Shown here one piece after another: positions 29,968-39,427 of a DNA stretch of 64,000 bases. The notes below the pieces were generated by a model that searched no databases, was not told the origin of the DNA, and was given only the letters and a program-made list of their open reading frames with translations. Source of the stretch: Candidatus Nanoarchaeia archaeon (GTDB lineage Bacteria; Patescibacteriota; Microgenomatia; Woykebacterales; RBG-16-39-9b); the NCBI GenBank assembly GCA_036514715.1, contig DATBWR010000013.1, positions 6,779 through 70,778 of the forward strand, read 5' to 3'. Every line of letters starts with the position of its first letter. Position 1 is the first letter of the stretch. Made by a program: the position numbers and the translations under genes.

Positions 29968-30861
29968 CTACCGGGCGAAGCCAGACGCAGAGCCGTAGCT
30001 CCCGTTAGCGCGGACAACAAACCCGCGGCCGAAGTGCAGCTCGTCGCTGTCGAAGTCGAAGCAGAGGCAGAGCTCGAACTCGCCGACAGGCTTGAACCTG
30101 TACTCGTCACCGGGGCAATCAATGCACAGGTGCTCGAACTTGTCGAGGCGGTTCGGATTGGTGAGCAGGATATTCCCCACACACCAGGCCGGGAGTGCGA
30201 ACTCAGACGCAGCGCGTTCCATTTCCCAGCGAGCGTTGCGAGGACTGTACCCACCCCACTTCTTGCCCGTCTGGGCGAAAAACACCAGGAAGTCTCCGGG
30301 TGTCGCTTCTTCCAGCTTGCGCAGCGCCTCTGCCGTTGACTGTCGTACCCTCACCCGGTCGGGTGTCAGCTCGCCGGCGCGGTAGTTGTGAAAATTCCGC
30401 TGACCTGCGAGGTGAGTGAGCACCGCAGCCTCGAGCAATTGCCCGTAGCCCGCTCCGTACGGATCGTTGATACCGAGCTTCGCAGCGACGCTGCTGGGCT
30501 TCGGGACAACGAACAGTCCGTCGGTGTCGAGTGGGCCAATGATTCCCCCTGCAATTTCGACGACGTGCGAGCCGTCGAGATCAGGGTAGAACCCCTGTAA
30601 GACCGAGAGCTGTTCTTCCACACTGGTTGGCTTCCAGCCTTCCGGGTAGAAGTAGCGAACCTCAACCTTCTCCTTGGCGAACGGGTTGATCACCTGCTTG
30701 ATAATCTGGTTGATTACCTCGCGAGTGAGCGTGCCGTTGCCGATTTGGACAAGAGTGTCAGCGTTCTCAACGAGTCGCTGAATCTCTGTCCGACCGAAGT
30801 TGTGCTCGTCGAAGCGTTCGAATAACGCCTTCAACGGGCCCCAGGGTGTTTGGGTAGCCAT
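29968..30861 (-). CDS. GC-rich accessory protein, probable DGR variable (target) protein
   Basis: C-terminus DCPGDEY...F..F...ANGSYGSASGF; variable positions mostly NNC codons. Confidence 0.6.
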   Translation of the reverse strand: MATQTPWGPLKALFERFDEHNFGRTEIQRLVENADTLVQIGNGTLTREVINQIIKQVINPFAKEKVEVRYFYPEGWKPTSVEEQLSVLQGFYPDLDGSHVVEIAGGIIGPLDTDGLFVVPKPSSVAAKLGINDPYGAGYGQLLEAAVLTHLAGQRNFHNYRAGELTPDRVRVRQSTAEALRKLEEATPGDFLVFFAQTGKKWGGYSPRNARWEMERAASEFALPAWCVGNILLTNPNRLDKFEHLCIDCPGDEYRFKPVGEFELCLCFDFDSDELHFGRGFVVRANGSYGSASGFAR

Positions 30862-31136
30862 TTGGCCATCCCCTTTCTTGAAAGCTCCGTTTTAAGGGAG
30901 CGATTACCGCGATATTCAATAGCAAACTATGGGTCTTTATCCAACAACAGAAGAATTTAGGATTTTTCCGAACACGTCTCTATTTATTATTTCACGGGCT
31001 TTTTTAGGCTTGGGGATTCTTAATTTGAACTCAAATGGCAGCATTGTGTTCCAACTCTGCCAACTTTTAGCATAGCTTGCAATTTTAACAGGTTCCAGAA
31101 AGGTTTACAAAAGAAGCTCTCTCAACCGATAGTAAT

Positions 31137-31165
31137 TTGCTTTCTTTCTTCAAGTATGCTACACT
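31137..31165 (+). promoter_or_regulatory. Promoter of DEAD-box helicase (about 160-nt 5' UTR)
   Basis: TTGCTT-17-TACACT with TG extension. Confidence 0.65.
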
Positions 31166-31330
31166 CTCTTTGTTGAATTAGAATACGAGCTGTTTTCTAC
31201 TCCTTTATTCTCCCTTTTGTAAAGAACTGCTCCTAAGTAAAGTTTGTTCTGTTTACAAACGGAGCACGAGTCTTTAGTCTTCTTAGACGCAAGGCGCGTT
31301 AGCGACTTAGATTTCTCTTTCACATAAATT

Positions 31331-32578
31331 ATGTATCGGCCCAACAATTCGAGGTTTTCGAGGAACCGCAGCGGTTCAAACCGGGGTAAATTTCACCGAC
31401 CATTTCACAATGGTGGTTTCTCTACTGCCAGAAAATTTAACGGTGCACAACGCGGCCCGGCCAAAAGTAAGTTAATTGGCGCCGATATCAATATTTTTAT
31501 TAAAAAGGCCTCTGATGTTACCACTGACGAAGCTTACAGACCACACAACTCTTTCAGTGATTTTGCAGTCAATGAAAACTTAAAACGCAACATTATTAGC
31601 CACGGTTATACTACTCCCACCCCTATTCAAGATAAGGCTATTGAGCCCATACTAGGCGGTCGGGATTTAATTGGTTTGGCCAACACCGGCACTGGTAAAA
31701 CTGCTGCTTTCCTGATCCCGATCATTGATAAAATCTTTAAAAACCGCGCTGAGAAAGCCTTGATTATTACTCCCACCCGGGAACTGGCCGCTCAGATTAA
31801 CGACGAATTTAAAAGTTTTGCCTTTGGTATGAGAATTTTTTCTACTGTAGTTATCGGCGGTGCCAGCATGAACCGCCAGATTTGGGATTTAAAGAGGGAA
31901 CCCAACGTAGTTATCGGTACGCCGGGTCGGTTAAAAGACTTAATTGAACAGAAAAAGCTCTTTTTGCAGAACTTCCGCACCATAGTACTGGATGAAGTGG
32001 ATTTGATGGTGGATATTGGCTTTATTAATGATGTTAAATATTTTATTTCCCTGCTTCCAAGAGAGCGTCAGTCTTTGTTTTTCTCCGCCACTATTGACGG
32101 GAAGGTGCGCGAAGTGCTGCAAGCTTTTGTTACCAACCCAGTGACGGTTTCCGTCCAAACTCAACCAACTAGTGAGAATGTTGATCAGGACGTAATTAGA
32201 GTTATTAACCCGGTTAAAAAAGTGGACCAGCTTCACGACTTGTTAATTAAAGAAAGTTTCAACAAAGTGTTGGTTTTCGGCCGCACCAAACACGGCATTG
32301 AGAAGCTCGACAAAGCTCTGACCGAGAGGGGTTTTAAGGTTGGCTCGCTTCACGGCAACCGTTCTCAAGGCCAGCGTCAGCGCACCTTGCGGAGTTTTAA
32401 AGAAAACGAGATTCAAGTGCTACTGGCTACTGATGTAGCTTCCAGAGGACTCGATATCGATAATGTTTCCCACGTTATTAATTACGACTTGCCGGAAACT
32501 TACGATGACTATATTCACCGCATTGGCCGAACCGGCCGCGCCAACAAGCGCGGTGTAGCCCTCACCTTTGTCGAATGA
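31331..32578 (+). CDS. DEAD-box RNA helicase
   Basis: Q motif, GTGKT, PTRELA, DEVD, SAT, HRIGRTGR. Confidence 0.96.
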   Translation: MYRPNNSRFSRNRSGSNRGKFHRPFHNGGFSTARKFNGAQRGPAKSKLIGADINIFIKKASDVTTDEAYRPHNSFSDFAVNENLKRNIISHGYTTPTPIQDKAIEPILGGRDLIGLANTGTGKTAAFLIPIIDKIFKNRAEKALIITPTRELAAQINDEFKSFAFGMRIFSTVVIGGASMNRQIWDLKREPNVVIGTPGRLKDLIEQKKLFLQNFRTIVLDEVDLMVDIGFINDVKYFISLLPRERQSLFFSATIDGKVREVLQAFVTNPVTVSVQTQPTSENVDQDVIRVINPVKKVDQLHDLLIKESFNKVLVFGRTKHGIEKLDKALTERGFKVGSLHGNRSQGQRQRTLRSFKENEIQVLLATDVASRGLDIDNVSHVINYDLPETYDDYIHRIGRTGRANKRGVALTFVE

Positions 32579-32612
32579 AAAAGTTTCTGAGATGGATTAG
32601 AATGGTGAGGCT

Positions 32613-33083
32613 ATGAAGGCTTTAGTAATTTACGATTCGGCTTTTGGAAATACAGAAAAAATTGCTCAAGCGATTAGCCAAACTTTGGGCGGAGAACTTA
32701 AATTTGTAAAAGAGACAGACCACACTAAGCTAAAGGGTATTGATCTTCTTGTTGTTGGCTCCCCCACCCAAGGCGGTCAGGCAACCAAACCTCTTCAAGA
32801 GTTTCTTAATAAAATTCCCGACGGTGCTCTGAAAAACACCAAAGTCGTCTCCTTTGATACCAGAATTTCGGCTAAACAACAAGCCGGTTGGTGGTTATCT
32901 GCCTTGGCACAGCTAGTAACGGGAATTTTTGGGTTTGCCGCTCCCCGAATAGCTAAAAGTCTGGAAAGTAAGGGTGGTATCTTAATAGCCGAGCCGGAAG
33001 GATTTATTGTGGAGGGGACAAAAGGCCCCCTCGCCCCCAGTGAACTCGACCGAGCAAAAACTTGGGCCAAAAAACTTTTGTGA
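32613..33083 (+). CDS. Flavodoxin family protein
   Basis: YDSAFGNTEKIA, VGSPT. Confidence 0.9.
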   Translation: MKALVIYDSAFGNTEKIAQAISQTLGGELKFVKETDHTKLKGIDLLVVGSPTQGGQATKPLQEFLNKIPDGALKNTKVVSFDTRISAKQQAGWWLSALAQLVTGIFGFAAPRIAKSLESKGGILIAEPEGFIVEGTKGPLAPSELDRAKTWAKKLL

Positions 33084-33095
33084 TGCACTTTGGCT

Positions 33096-33515
33096 ATGCA
33101 AAAAACTAAAACCAACCCCAACGACTATATCGCTTCTCTAACCGAAGATAAACGGGAGGATATTAAAAAGCTCGACGAGTTAATTTCCAAAGTAATGGCA
33201 GGAAAATCGCGTGTTATGTGGGAGGGGGTTTTCTGGAGTGGCAGCGAGCAGAAAATCATTGGTTATGGCGATCTGACTTACATTAATTCGAAAAAAGAGA
33301 ACGTCGAGTGGTTTATGGTCGGACTCACCCTGCAGAAAAACTATATAAGTGTTTACGTGAATGCAGTTAATAAAAAACTCAACCTTGTGGAATACAAGGA
33401 CAAACTTGGCAAAGTAAAGGTCGGCAGAAGCAGCATTGGTTTTAACTCGTTGTCAGATATAAATATAGAGGTATTGGAAGAACTGATCAAAAAAGCCAAA
33501 GAACTTACAGGTTAA
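33096..33515 (+). CDS. DUF1801/YdhG-like protein
   Basis: IIGYG, QKNYISVY, KLGKVKVGRSSI. Confidence 0.75.
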   Translation: MQKTKTNPNDYIASLTEDKREDIKKLDELISKVMAGKSRVMWEGVFWSGSEQKIIGYGDLTYINSKKENVEWFMVGLTLQKNYISVYVNAVNKKLNLVEYKDKLGKVKVGRSSIGFNSLSDINIEVLEELIKKAKELTG

Positions 33516-33519
33516 TTTT

Positions 33520-34077
33520 CTAACTAAAAAGGGCTATAGATAAGGCAATTACTGACACAAAAAGGCTGTAAAAACCCATTCTTGATGAGCTTATCTCATA
33601 CAACTTTCTATTACAAATATCGGCAAGTCTGTTTTCTAAAGAGGATAGGTACATTAGTTCGTCAGATAAAGCTTCTATCTCCGCCTGTTTTTCACTTATG
33701 TGTGTGGCAAGCATACACGCTTGGAATTCAGCTATATCGTCATGTAAATCCTTTAAGTCTAGTTGAAACCCATCAAGTTTTACTAAAATAATCTTTAAAG
33801 TACCTTCGCTATTTAGTACATAAAAAGATGAGCTTGCGTATCTTGCTTCATCATATAATGTTCTCAGTTGACTGGTTAGTTTGCTCGAAGCACTATATAA
33901 CTCACTAGCCCACACAAGATACTTTGAGAAGTCCCTAAATTTATCCAGTTTGGATGGATCGTGGTGATATTTTTTTGGAGCATCAAATCCGTCTACACGA
34001 GCTTCTGAGTTACCTTCTATTGCTTCATAGGCTGCGTTAAAAGCTTGATGCTTGATGTATATACGGCTTTTCCCCAT
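33520..34077 (-). CDS. Hypothetical AT-rich helical protein with C-terminal TM
   Basis: Start ATG 34077 after TTGCTT-17-TAAAAT. Confidence 0.6.
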   Translation of the reverse strand: MGKSRIYIKHQAFNAAYEAIEGNSEARVDGFDAPKKYHHDPSKLDKFRDFSKYLVWASELYSASSKLTSQLRTLYDEARYASSSFYVLNSEGTLKIILVKLDGFQLDLKDLHDDIAEFQACMLATHISEKQAEIEALSDELMYLSSLENRLADICNRKLYEISSSRMGFYSLFVSVIALSIALFS

Positions 34078-34130
34078 TAAAGCAGGAATTTTACTTTTTT
34101 CTGGCTTGGAAAGCAATTTTTGGGAGTAGA

Positions 34131-34355
34131 CTACTTTATTTTGAGGAACTCTTCAACTGTCAGACCGCTCTGGCTTATAATCGAGCGCAAAGTCCCTGTT
34201 TTCAAATCTTTGGTGTGAAACGGAATTGGGATACGGGCTCTGGTTTTTGGGTTAAGCAAAAGGTAATGACTACCGGAAATATGGTCAACAATAAAACCGA
34301 TTTTCTTAAGTTTAGAAATTACTTCACGAGGTTTTTGTGGGGAAAGCTTGGGCAT
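34131..34355 (-). CDS. hicA: HicA family toxin
   Basis: GF...SGSH...IPFH...GTLRSI. Confidence 0.9.
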   Translation of the reverse strand: MPKLSPQKPREVISKLKKIGFIVDHISGSHYLLLNPKTRARIPIPFHTKDLKTGTLRSIISQSGLTVEEFLKIK

Positions 34356-34580
34356 CTAAACTGAGACGGAGACCTTCTCTATTTCAGCGGTATCAGTTGG
34401 AATATTCTCACCGTGTTTTTTCAGAGAGGCAATATAGACTGAAATTGCATCTTTAATCATTTCTAGTGCTTCTTGCCGACTCTCGCCTTGAGTAACACAA
34501 CCCGCCAGTGCCGGCGCGGAGACAACATATCCACCATCAGGAGCTTTTTGTAAGTAAACCGTGTAGTTCAAGACTTTCAT
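34356..34580 (-). CDS. hicB: HicB family antitoxin
   Basis: GGYVVSAPALAGCVTQGES..EAL; start MKVLNY at 34580. Confidence 0.9.
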   Translation of the reverse strand: MKVLNYTVYLQKAPDGGYVVSAPALAGCVTQGESRQEALEMIKDAISVYIASLKKHGENIPTDTAEIEKVSVSV

Positions 34581-34702
34581 GGTGAAACTATAACAAATAC
34601 CAAGTACTTCCACAAGAGAAGATAGTTCTCTAATCTTCCTGCCTCAGAAAGCAAATTTTAGAAACTTTACTTAACTGGGGTTGGATGTTAAGATAACCCC
34701 AA

Positions 34703-34936
34703 ATGGAGCATCTTCAGGTTATCCGCAATGGAATAGTTTTTGAGTTAGAACCGGAAAAGGAAGGCGGCTTCACTATTACCGTCCCTTCTCTACCCGGCTG
34801 TATTTCCTACGGAAAAACTATTGATGAAGCTCTAGAGCAAATAAAAGACGCCATGGCTGGTTGGGTCGAGGTTGCTAAAGAAGAAGGAATCGATATTCCA
34901 GATGAGGTTGAAAAATCTCTACTTGTTACTCGTTGA
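34703..34936 (+). CDS. hicB: HicB family antitoxin
   Basis: GGFTITVPSLPGCISYGKTIDEA. Confidence 0.9.
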   Translation: MEHLQVIRNGIVFELEPEKEGGFTITVPSLPGCISYGKTIDEALEQIKDAMAGWVEVAKEEGIDIPDEVEKSLLVTR

Positions 34937-35164
34937 ATGAAACTAACCCCAATCAAACCAAAAGTGATGGTTATTATCCTGCAAAAAGCAGGATTTTCTA
35001 TACGTAAACAGACTGGTTCTCACACTATTTTGTTTAAGAAGGGGGTTCGCAGACCAATCTCCGTAGCTATACATCCCCGTGATTTACCTTCTGGAACTCA
35101 AAGGGCAATCCTGCGCCAGGCAGAAATTTCAATTGACGAGTTTAACAAATTAATTAAAGAATAA
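34937..35164 (+). CDS. hicA: HicA family toxin
   Basis: GF...TGSH...IH...GTQRAIL. Confidence 0.9.
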   Translation: MKLTPIKPKVMVIILQKAGFSIRKQTGSHTILFKKGVRRPISVAIHPRDLPSGTQRAILRQAEISIDEFNKLIKE

Positions 35165-35236
35165 AGTCTTAACTACTTTTTCCTGCCTAGGAAAGCAAAT
35201 TTAGTTTTTAGAAATTTATGCCATAATATACGCACA

Positions 35237-35518
35237 GTGAAAGTTGTTTATACCGACCACTTAGTCGAGCGTATAGAATTAAGAGGGATCCCTTACAATT
35301 TACCGAAAGATGTTTATCAAGGTCGTGAAGAGGTTTTCTTTGATACTCAAACAAATCATTTTGTGGCCTTGAGTAAAAAAGAGTATTTTGGTAAACTCAG
35401 AACAGTTGTTGTTCCATTTGACAAATTTTCTGATAGAATCAAGCTGGTTACTATTCATCCGATTGAAGAAAAGGACAAAACACAAAGAATAAAATCTGGA
35501 AGGTGGATAAGCAGATGA
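35237..35518 (+). CDS. DUF4258/BrnT-RelE-like putative toxin
   Basis: YTDH...RGI...IKLVTIHP; coupled to a DUF2283 gene. Confidence 0.65.
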   Translation: MKVVYTDHLVERIELRGIPYNLPKDVYQGREEVFFDTQTNHFVALSKKEYFGKLRTVVVPFDKFSDRIKLVTIHPIEEKDKTQRIKSGRWISR

Positions 35519-35727
35519 AAAAACCAAAAATTTCTTACGACAAAAAAGCAGATGTTCTTTACTTCTTTCTTAAAGAAGGTTCCGAAGAGGAATACAAAGA
35601 AATCGCACCAGGCGTAGGTTTAGAGTTAGACAAAAAGGGTGCCCTACTTGGTGTAGAGATACTTAATGCCTCAAAAGTTTTAGGTGCCAAACCTAAGATT
35701 AAAGAAAAAATCCTTGAATCTGCATAG
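35515..35727 (+). CDS. DUF2283 family protein (putative antitoxin)
   Basis: ISYDKKADVLY...LLGVEILNAS. Confidence 0.8.
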   Translation: MKKPKISYDKKADVLYFFLKEGSEEEYKEIAPGVGLELDKKGALLGVEILNASKVLGAKPKIKEKILESA

Positions 35728-35823
35728 GAACTAAATTTCTTAAACAAGCTTCAAAATCCTTCCTCAAAAAGTTAAAGAAACAGTTTTCCAATAACATTTT
35801 CCTGGCTCGGAAAGCAAATTGTT

Positions 35824-35851
35824 AAATATATGAATACTTATTCATATATTT
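35824..35851. repeat. Palindrome ATATATGAAT-N4-ATTCATATAT, copy 3
   Basis: AAATATATGAATACTTATTCATATATTT. Confidence 0.85.
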
Positions 35852-35866
35852 GTTGGGAAAAGAAAT

Positions 35867-36157
35867 CTACAATTCGAGGAGGAAAACAGGAGCGGCGGCG
35901 GCAAGAAAGGCAGCAATTTGGGCTGCTAGGATAATTAAAGCTTGTTTTGGCTTCTGTGGTAAATAGACGACTGCAAAAAAAGCTATAACGAACACTTGGC
36001 CAACCATAAATAACTGCCAGATATGGGCAGCTCCTCCCTCATCTCCAGAGGGGTCTGGACCAAAGACTAAAAGCCAAATCCACGGCAGAGTTAAAGCTCC
36101 CACAGACATAACAATTGGAAGAGAGGCCAAAGGCTTTTTGATTAAAGTAAAATCCAC
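35867..36157 (-). CDS. Small membrane protein
   Basis: Three TM helices; DEGGAAHIWQL. Confidence 0.7.
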   Translation of the reverse strand: MDFTLIKKPLASLPIVMSVGALTLPWIWLLVFGPDPSGDEGGAAHIWQLFMVGQVFVIAFFAVVYLPQKPKQALIILAAQIAAFLAAAAPVFLLEL

Positions 36158-36303
36158 GAGCTTATTTTACCACTATTGCGGATTCAAATTCTGGCAAAAA
36201 GAAAAGCGACTTGTTACCAAGCCGCTCAGGACATTCAACGACTATAGGTTGACATTTAAACCTATTTGTGCTACACTTGCCGCAACCAAAAAGGAGGGAA
36301 ATC

Positions 36304-36681
36304 ATGCCTGTAATCGAGGTACGCCTTGGCGAGGCTTTCGCCAAGAGCATTGGTGTGGCAAACCGCACCAGTCTCAGTTACGAGTGGAGGCAGATCGTCA
36401 GCGAGGCCTTCGAGGCACCCATCGAATCCGTCGCCTGTCAGTGGCACCCTTGGTTCGACTCACAGAACACGGAGGGTATCGAGATCCTCGTCCACTTCTC
36501 CGCAGCCGATCCAGTAACGACCGTTGCACGTATCGACCGGGTTAGAAAAGCTCTTGCAGAATCCATACAGCGGAGCACATTCTTACCACCGGGAACCGAG
36601 GTTGGAATCTGGCCGGATCCAAAGCCTTATACTAGTTACAGCTCATGCCGCGTTGGAGAGCCAAGCCCCATAGGACCTTGA
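36304..36681 (+). CDS. Hypothetical protein, possible tautomerase-superfamily fold
   Basis: AAGGAGG RBS; MPVIEV N-terminal Pro; terminator at 36672-36706. Confidence 0.55.
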   Translation: MPVIEVRLGEAFAKSIGVANRTSLSYEWRQIVSEAFEAPIESVACQWHPWFDSQNTEGIEILVHFSAADPVTTVARIDRVRKALAESIQRSTFLPPGTEVGIWPDPKPYTSYSSCRVGEPSPIGP

Positions 36682-36723
36682 AATCTTTCAAGGTCCTTTT
36701 CTTTTTCCAAAACAAATTTAAAA

Positions 36724-37092
36724 TTAGCTTTGCTGGGGTTTTTGCTGGCTAGCTAAAAACGTGGGGATGGCGACTGTTAAAACGTACGGAATGTAGGATT
36801 TCCAATCAGAAAAATAGTCTTTACCGGCAAAGGGAACAGTCAAAACAAGATCAAGAACAAAAAAGATGACTAACCACACAAGGCCGAATTTCAAGCCTTG
36901 CCGCCAATTTTCCGGCTTAGCATAATTGGTGGCGATGTACAAACCAACAATTGAGATGCCAAGGTTAACTATCCAAACCCAAATTGCTTCCGCATCAATT
37001 TTGGCGCCGATAAGCGCCGAAATAAAAAGAAAGATAACTGCGTAAAGGGCTAGGGGTGGAATGAGAAATTTTTTCCAATCTTTAACATTCAT
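36724..37092 (-). CDS. Membrane protein
   Basis: Four TM helices. Confidence 0.7.
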   Translation of the reverse strand: MNVKDWKKFLIPPLALYAVIFLFISALIGAKIDAEAIWVWIVNLGISIVGLYIATNYAKPENWRQGLKFGLVWLVIFFVLDLVLTVPFAGKDYFSDWKSYIPYVLTVAIPTFLASQQKPQQS

Positions 37093-37165
37093 AAAATAAG
37101 TATAACTTTACAAGCTGAGTGGTTCAAGATGTTTTTCTTCCTCGGAAAGCAGCTTTCTCTTGTTT

Positions 37166-38845
37166 TTATTCTAATTCCGGCTCATCCTCGGCAGGAATTG
37201 TTGCCTCTTCCACCGCTAGTTCTTTACCCGCTTCTTCCAAAACATCTTCCTCATGAGTTTTGCGCAAAGGAACCTCCTTGAGAGCGAACGAAACTAAGAA
37301 AGAAATAGCGATTATTACCGAAGCGATTAAGAAAATCTGATCAACAGAGGAAGCAAAAACTTCTTTAGACTTGTTCACAAAGTCACTGAAAGCAGCCGCA
37401 GCTTGCGTGTGTAAAACTGCCGGCAACTGGTCAATTTGGGCCTCAATTGCGGCTCGTCCGTCACCGCCCAGTAAACCTTGCAGTTTATTAGCGTCAATTT
37501 TGGTTAAATCAAACTCTGGGTTTATCTTAGAAACCATTTGAACAAAGGGATCGGCAGTTAAATTGCCAAACTTGCCAGCTAAAGAGCTGTTCAAGACTCC
37601 CCCTAAAATAGCGGTTCCTACTGTCGCCCCGACACTACGGAAAAGTTGAGTCGAGGCAGTTGCCACCCCAAGTTTTGAGTGGTCAAAGGCGTTTTGGACT
37701 GCCAGGGTAAAAATCGGGAAGGTCACCCCCAAACCCACTCCGGTTAAAATCATCCTAACTACCAGCCCAGATTGAGTAGTATTGACGCTCATTCCGGAGA
37801 GAAGGTAAAGCCCTATGGCAGCTATTCCCAAACCCAAGATGGCTAAAACTTTATAACGGCCGCTTCTGGAAACAACTTGTCCAGAAACAATACTTGCCCC
37901 CACCATTCCCAACATCATGGGCGTCAGAATTGTTCCCGAATTAGTCGCAGTCACTCCTAAAACTAACTGGGCAAACAAAGGTACGTACAAAATCGCTCCG
38001 AACATGCCAATTCCAGTTAAGAAGATAACTATTGAGGAGACCGAAAAAATCGGATTTTTGAAAAGTTCCAAAGGCAGTACTGGCTCTTCTGTCTTCCTTT
38101 CAACCCCCACAAACGTTAAGAAGCTCACTAGAGACATTACCAACAAAGAGATTATCTCCAACGAAATCCATGGGTATTGGCTGCCTCCCCAAACTAAAGC
38201 TAACAACAAACTTACTAGACCAAGGGAAAGTAAAATAGCACCTAAGTAATCAACCACTCGGTTTTTAATATCCGGAACAATCTTTGGCATTAAAAACCAA
38301 ATCACCCCTAAACCGACAATTCCAATGGGAACATTCACGTAAAAAATCCACCGCCAAGAAGCGTTATCAGTGATCCAACCCCCAAGCAAGGGCCCAACAA
38401 CAGAAGCTAAACCAAAGGTCGCGCCAAACAAACCCTGCCACCTCCCCCTCTCGGCTGGCGGAAATAAATCGCCAACAATGGCGAAGGCATTGGCAAAAAT
38501 TGCTCCACCGCCTAAACCCTGAATAGCCCGGAAAATAATTAGCTGAGTCATGTTTTGGGATAAACCACTCAACATCGAACCCACCAGAAAGAGAGCCGTT
38601 GCTCCCAAAACAAAAGGTTTGCGTCCGTAAATATCGGAAAGTTTTCCGTAGATCGGCACAATTACCGTAGAAGCAAGCAAATACGAGGTAAATACCCAAC
38701 TTAGGTGCTCTAAGCCTTTCAACTCACCGACAATTTTTGGCATTGCGGTCGCGACAATTGTCTGGTCTAAAGCCGCCAAAAGTAAGGCGATCATGGCGCC
38801 AAACATTACGATTAATTTTTGGGATTTGGGAATATTACTTAACAT
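37166..38845 (-). CDS. MDR/EmrB-QacA (DHA2) MFS efflux transporter
   Basis: LDQTIV, GKLSDIYGRK, WRWIFYVNVPIG. Confidence 0.93.
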   Translation of the reverse strand: MLSNIPKSQKLIVMFGAMIALLLAALDQTIVATAMPKIVGELKGLEHLSWVFTSYLLASTVIVPIYGKLSDIYGRKPFVLGATALFLVGSMLSGLSQNMTQLIIFRAIQGLGGGAIFANAFAIVGDLFPPAERGRWQGLFGATFGLASVVGPLLGGWITDNASWRWIFYVNVPIGIVGLGVIWFLMPKIVPDIKNRVVDYLGAILLSLGLVSLLLALVWGGSQYPWISLEIISLLVMSLVSFLTFVGVERKTEEPVLPLELFKNPIFSVSSIVIFLTGIGMFGAILYVPLFAQLVLGVTATNSGTILTPMMLGMVGASIVSGQVVSRSGRYKVLAILGLGIAAIGLYLLSGMSVNTTQSGLVVRMILTGVGLGVTFPIFTLAVQNAFDHSKLGVATASTQLFRSVGATVGTAILGGVLNSSLAGKFGNLTADPFVQMVSKINPEFDLTKIDANKLQGLLGGDGRAAIEAQIDQLPAVLHTQAAAAFSDFVNKSKEVFASSVDQIFLIASVIIAISFLVSFALKEVPLRKTHEEDVLEEAGKELAVEEATIPAEDEPELE

Positions 38846-39014
38846 TGAAAATTAAGTTTCCGTAGCTTATTTCACAAATTCTAACGTCTATATTTTGCGG
38901 TTCTTTTCGTAAATAGCAATGAACGCTTCCGGAATAAGAAGCGGCACGAAATTAATTATCTCTTAAAACTCAAGAGTTAAAGAAGAATGGAAAATTTATG
39001 AATAATTCCGAGGG

Positions 39015-39221
39015 TCACTTACTACCCCCGACAAGCACGTACGCTTTCCAGAGAGCAGCGAGTCCTACCACCACATAAACCAAGTTCTCGACCGCTGCCC
39101 AAGCGCCCAGTAGCATGTTAACTACGTTGAGATCGGTGTTGAGGAAATAACCTAAACCCACTAAGCCCCAGTTAAGTCCACCGATAACCAGTAGCCAAGC
39201 GACTAATTTTTTCTGATCCAC
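39015..39221 (-). CDS. DUF378 family protein
   Basis: IGGLNWGLVG...YVVVGLA; GGAGGTG RBS. Confidence 0.85.
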   Translation of the reverse strand: MDQKKLVAWLLVIGGLNWGLVGLGYFLNTDLNVVNMLLGAWAAVENLVYVVVGLAALWKAYVLVGGSK

Positions 39222-39427
39222 AAAAAAGTCACCTCCTCCCTAAATATCTTACATTTTAACTTTCTCAAGCTTTCTACCGCTTGTCAAGAAAGAACCTAGC
39301 AAGGTCTTAGTAGATTTTACCCTCTTCCTCTCCTTAGGTTGCAACTTAAGCTCGAATCAGGTATAATCCCAAGAACAAAAATACCGCCCAAAACAGGGCT
39401 TAAAAGAAAGAAGGGAGAACTTTAACT

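Larger units (their letters stand above)
34098..37156 (+). repeat. Five ~22-bp direct repeats TTYCTKSCTHRGAAAGCA separating gene modules
   Basis: Copies at 34098, 34636, 35180, 35799, 37134. Confidence 0.8.

Noticed and set aside
32582-32593. AGTTTCTGAGA partial match to the hisS/rpmE/proS leader
   Set aside because: Lacks the GAAAC arm and the outer CGACC/GGTCG stem
34098-37156. Direct repeats as CRISPR repeats or classical attC sites
   Set aside because: Spacing is over 500 bp with genes between; no RYYYAAC/GTTRRRY boxes, cas genes or intI
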